Positions 59,906-64,000 of a stretch of DNA of 64,000 nucleotides are shown piece after piece. Under the pieces are notes generated by a model. It ran no database searches. It saw nothing but the letters and a program-made list of their open reading frames with translations, and was not told where the DNA came from. A program made the position numbers and the translations under genes. Where the stretch lies: contig CAJINV010000010.1 of the NCBI GenBank assembly GCA_905178155.1, positions 1,505,750-1,569,749 on the forward strand. The letters run 5' to 3'. How positions within the stretch are numbered: position 1 is the stretch's first letter; each line of letters begins with the position of its first letter. The stretch is from Amoebophrya sp. A120. Lineage: Eukaryota; Protista; Dinoflagellata.

Positions 59906-61941
59906 ATGCGACGACTGGTGGCGTTTATTTTTGCTTTCCTTTTCGCCGGTGCTGTTGACGCCGTCCAGCTTGTGCGACTGACAGGCTCGGGCAGCGATCA
60001 TGCGATAAGGACCGAAGATCACGCCGACAACAAACTCGCCGCAGCCACACCCTCTACCTCCGACAGCACGACGAGAAAGAAGAAGACCATCGTTCCATCG
60101 ACTGCGTTGGACAGCAATGACCAAGCGAAATCCTTTTACCATTTCGACTTCCAGCAGCAGAAATGGGTGGAAACGGCCTTCCCGGGAGCGGAAAGCTAGC
60201 ATGTGCAAAACAAGTTGATGTATCGTACTCGTATATTAAATGTTGCCAGTCTTGCATGATAGATCTAGTTCATTTACCTGAATCAGCATGACAAATTTTC
60301 CTTTCGGATGTCATGCGAAATACACTACTACGATAGGACGATACCTTTGCATCAATGCATAAAAGCAGCACAAGCACAACACTCTCTGCGGAGGTTGAAG
60401 ACGATCCTTCGGCGGCCCAGGTTGTTCACGGCCAAGCGGTATCCTGAGTAAAAACGTACCCACACCAGAGTCACGATGGGGATTTTGCAACACAAACCTA
60501 GGAGCTTTGTGAGTCACGCATGACAAGTTTTACTCTGCAGTGTAGTGCAGGTTAGCAAGTGCAGCCGCATCACAGATTGAGCTGCTCATCCTGTTCACAG
60601 CATCACAAATTTCAAAACACGATTGGGAATAGCTCTCATGGGGATGCGCACTACAAGTCTTCCTGTCTTTGCAAATCTGCATCACAACTCTGGTGTGGGT
60701 ACGTTTTTACTCAGGATAAGCGGGTCAGGACTGGTTAGTCCAGTCCCTGTTGAACTGCAAATCTATGGGGGTGTCAGGAGTTGTGAAATCGACAGAGTTG
60801 AAATATTGATTTGTAATGCATAAAACCGATGCCAGGTGGTCCCTAGTTTTCAAGTGGCGCATGACAAATTTCGGCACAGCCGCAATCCAGTTTGTCATGC
60901 TGTTTGGGTAAGAGAGACGCCTTCTGTCGTGCTAAGTTAGCAGCTGAGTTTCTACCCCTCAGCAGGCTTACAATCTGCCTCCCTTGCCTACTCTGCAAGA
61001 CAGGCATTGTGTGGGTTGCGTTTTATGCATCACAAACTTTGACGATTTCAATCCTGACGCTTCGATAAAATCCAACGGCTTTTTCATCGAGCTCGGCTCC
61101 CACGACGCCTCGATCATTTCCAACAGCCTCTTGCTAGAAAAAAAGTTCAACTGGCAGGGACTCTGCCTCGAAGCGGACCCGCAGTACTTGTCCGGGTACA
61201 AGCAGCGGAAGAACTGCAAATTAGTTCAGAACATCATCGGATACCCGACCGGGAGGGAGGTTGAGTTCGCTTTTCACCCGCCGGAAACCAACGGTTTATC
61301 GGGGATCATCGGGAACAATTTCGACAACACGAAGCAAAACCTCCAGTACGGAACATCCGCGCAGAAAACGAGAGTGATATCGCTAGAAGATGTCTGGCGC
61401 CACTTCAATGCCCCGAGCACCATCGACTACTTCTCGCTGGACGTGGAGGGAGCGGAAAGTTTGGTGATGGAGAATTTCCTATGCATTGCAATAGTATCGT
61501 ACTCGTATAAATGCATTACAAATTATTTCCTCAGCGTGAGAAATAAAATTTGTAATGCGGATTTACCTTAACAACAGGATTTGTGTATGCATGACTGCAA
61601 TACGAGCGCGATACTTTTGCGCAGGATATTTTCCGTGGGACAAACTCCGTTTTCGGGTTTTGACCGTGGAGCGCGCCAAGCCGGATCTGCAGCTCTTATT
61701 GCAGAAACACGGGTACAAGAAAGTGCGGAGCAACGCGTCCTTTGAGGATACGACTTGGGTGGACACGAAGGAGTTTTCGGATTTGACGATTTCCAAATTC
61801 GCAAACGGAAAACCGATCGACGATACCTGCATGGTCAGTGCCGGGTTTCCGAGACCGTCGACGCTGGTAGGACGAGTGAAAGATGATAGATTGGTGCTCC
61901 TTTGGGTCAAGTCCTGTCGATACCTTTTTGGTCATGGTTGA
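59906..61941 (+). CDS. Signal-peptide FkbM-family (Methyltransf_21, Star-like) methyltransferase; exons 59906-60195, 60366-60438, 60723-60762, 61072-61478, 61633-61941
   Basis: Spliced product has GQAGQDW, NGFFIELGSHD...SNSLLLE..FNWQGLCLEAD, IDYFSLDVEGAE and FPW...FRVLTVE; hydrophobic N-terminus. Confidence 0.87.
60197..60361. mobile_element. Introner, family B-like, degenerate
   Basis: DR aaagc/aaagc; 165+5. Confidence 0.82.
60440..60718. mobile_element. Introner, family E (young copy)
   Basis: Perfect 32-nt TIR TATCCTGAGTAAAAACGTACCCACACCAGAGT; DR agcgg/agcgg. Confidence 0.93.
60764..61067. mobile_element. Introner, singleton
   Basis: IR GTCAGGA..TGAAATCG/CGATTTCAATCCTGAC; DR aaatc/aaatc; 304+5. 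Confidence 0.87.
61480..61628. mobile_element. Introner, family B
   Basis: DR tttcc/ttttc; 149+5; restores NFPWDK. Confidence 0.9.
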
Positions 61942-62549
61942 CGAGATGCAGCGTTACTCCTGTCGTCCCAAGGTACTACTTCTAAAGGTACAGTGTGAAT
62001 CTACAGTTTCATAAAAGTGGATACTTATGTTCTACTTCTACTTCAACACGCTACCTAGCGGGGGCGTGAGTCCGCAGACTCTACGTGAACAATTATGCTA
62101 TTGTGCATGCGACGAGTTTGCATTTGACGACTTGACTCAGAGCACCAATTTTCTTTTTCTGTCGATGCTTGGCGACGCTGTTGCTCAGAAACAAGAAACA
62201 AACTGAGGTGCTGTAGATGAGAAGCAGTGCTGGGGAGGTTGATATTTTTGCCTAAGATCTGGGGTATTTGGCATTTCATCTGAAGAGGCGGACCAGTAGT
62301 TGGGTCTTTTTTCTTTTCCAAATTTGTGAATTGCTCTGTAAATCGATGAAACTGGAAGAACAAGACAGTGTACGTCTAAATTGAATTTCTGTAAGATGCA
62401 ATGACGGCCACGGCCAGAAATCGCCACAGTGGCTCGACTGTGCACTTGAATGCAGCTGGAAACCACGACACGGCCGTCGTGCGCCAGTATAGTTTCTGTT
62501 CGCCTCCTTCAGGAGAATCTGAGTGTGACAGCAGGATAAAGCTGCACGG

Positions 62550-64000
62550 AAGTTGTACTAGACGTCTGAAAGATCGCGCAAGCGAATCAGCGGGGCTGGT
62601 GATTGCGCTGCGCTTAGCTGCCACGGGGAAGCCGGGCAACGCACTCGCCAAGCCGGGGCGGAAGGCCAGCCGGCCACGCCGGGCCCGCCCGCCGGGCTCC
62701 TTTTTCTGGGCAGCACAGGACCGGGATGCCTGGGCGAAGGAGAGCTACGCGAGGGCGGCCGATGAGAGGGCGCGCGCCCGCCGTGTGCCCGCGGGACGGG
62801 TAAGCATTTGCGTCGCCCAGAAGCCCCCGCGGCCGGTGCGCAGAGGGCCGCGCCGCACACCCAGCAGGAGCCGGGCGGGGGCCCGGATTGGTTGGGGGCG
62901 AGTCGCGTGTGCGGGTAGCGATGACTGCGAAAGAACTGAGACGATCGGGGGCGGTGCCCACATCGTCATGGCGGCCCCAGCCGGCCGGCTCGCGCGCGAC
63001 CGATCGAAGGGAGGCGCCGGCCCGTTTTTGGGTTCGCCCTGGCCCCCCATAGCCTTGGGGGCTTTCTTTTGTGGCCCCCGCGCGCAGGCCTATGCGCCCT
63101 GGCCCCCCAGCCAACCCGCGCCGGCCCCGGCCGCGCTTTCTTTGTTTCCTGCCCGGGAGGCGACCCCAGGCCGGGGCGCATTTGCTGGAGGTGGGTGCGC
63201 GTATGAAAGACAGGGGGCCCGGCAGTCTGGGCAAGGCAGACGAGAAAAAAGGGCAAGGTGGCCGGCGGTCCTGCACAGGGAGGGAGGCCGGGGCGTTCTT
63301 TCTTTTGTTTCCTATTTTGTGGAGCCCCTGTGGCGCAGGGCCGGCAGCGGCCGGCGCCGGCACGCAGGGGGGGCCAGCTCTTGGCAGCCTCCCTCGTCCA
63401 GGCCCGGGGCGGGGCCTGCCGCCTGGGGCCGGGCGGCCTTCCTTCGGTTATGTATGTAAGTACTTTGCTGGGCCCGCCGCTTTCGGTGTGTTGTTTGCCG
63501 GTGATTTGCCTGGCAGGCGCGCCGCCTAACCTTTGCCCCAGCCGGCGGGCCGTCCGTTGTGGCGGCACGAACGGCGGGCCGGTAGGTCATTCGCCCCACC
63601 CCCCCGCGCGAAGCAGGGCAAGCCTTCCATGCGTGATATGGGTTGGCAGCGCTCCTGCACAAGATCACTGCTTCCGGTGCCGTTGCGCTTACACTCAGAC
63701 TCAGTGTCTGTTTTCTGTTCAGATCTGTCTAGCCCCAGGTAGGGCCAACTCAACTCAGCTGAGCCAGCCAGCATTTGACTGTCAGTCTCCTGTACGCTCA
63801 CGAGCAGATACAACTCGCAAACTGTTAATCTGGTAACCAAATGCGTGCGCGCGCGCGCGCGCAGCGCGCGCCGGCCCACGAAGCCGGCGCGCGCGCTCTG
63901 CGCGCTTGCGATATTGCTTAGCAAACGCAGCGCGAAGGCAGTTGCCGTTACCATATAGGGCAACCGCCGGGAGGCGTGAAGGTCAGGGAAATGGCCAGAA
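62550..64000. other. GC-rich segment of different composition, running off the window edge; possible mobile-element end
   Basis: Abrupt shift to G/C runs and (GC)n tracts; overlapping Arg/Pro/Gly-rich ORFs on both strands look spurious. Confidence 0.4.

Noticed and set aside
63831-63842. TGGTAACC as an LTR primer-binding site
   Set aside because: No preceding CA terminus and no match to a tRNA 3' end that I can verify.
62401-63963. Long ORFs (352, 249, 200 aa) in the GC-rich end
   Set aside because: They overlap on both strands, have GC-driven composition and show no motifs.

Overview
Eukaryotic nuclear DNA with about 11 supportable protein genes, all on the + strand. They are interrupted by a few GT-AG introns and by 32 non-canonical introns. 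Each non-canonical intron is a MITE-like element, usually bounded 5'-TAT...ATA-3', with terminal inverted repeats (TIR) and a 5-nt direct repeat (DR). This matches the introner-type introns known from the syndinian dinoflagellate parasite Amoebophrya (the taxon is inferred). Removing element+5 nt restores the reading frame in all 32 cases. Conserved residues fix the splice register at 1 nt before the left TIR and 4 nt after the right TIR, whatever the dinucleotides. Reconstructed genes: a GRIP-domain last exon, L-galactono-1,4-lactone dehydrogenase, two intronless 814-aa 'DSQNVH' paralogs, a membrane RING protein, two tandem SNF2-RING ATPases, two giant low-complexity proteins, a Cys-rich Pmp3-like protein and an FkbM-family methyltransferase. 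The window opens with three tandem tRNA-like genes whose anticodon arm is extended by 29 nt or more and capped by a second, variable anticodon-like loop. It ends in an unexplained GC-rich segment. All coordinates and frames were worked out by hand; there is no transcript evidence.
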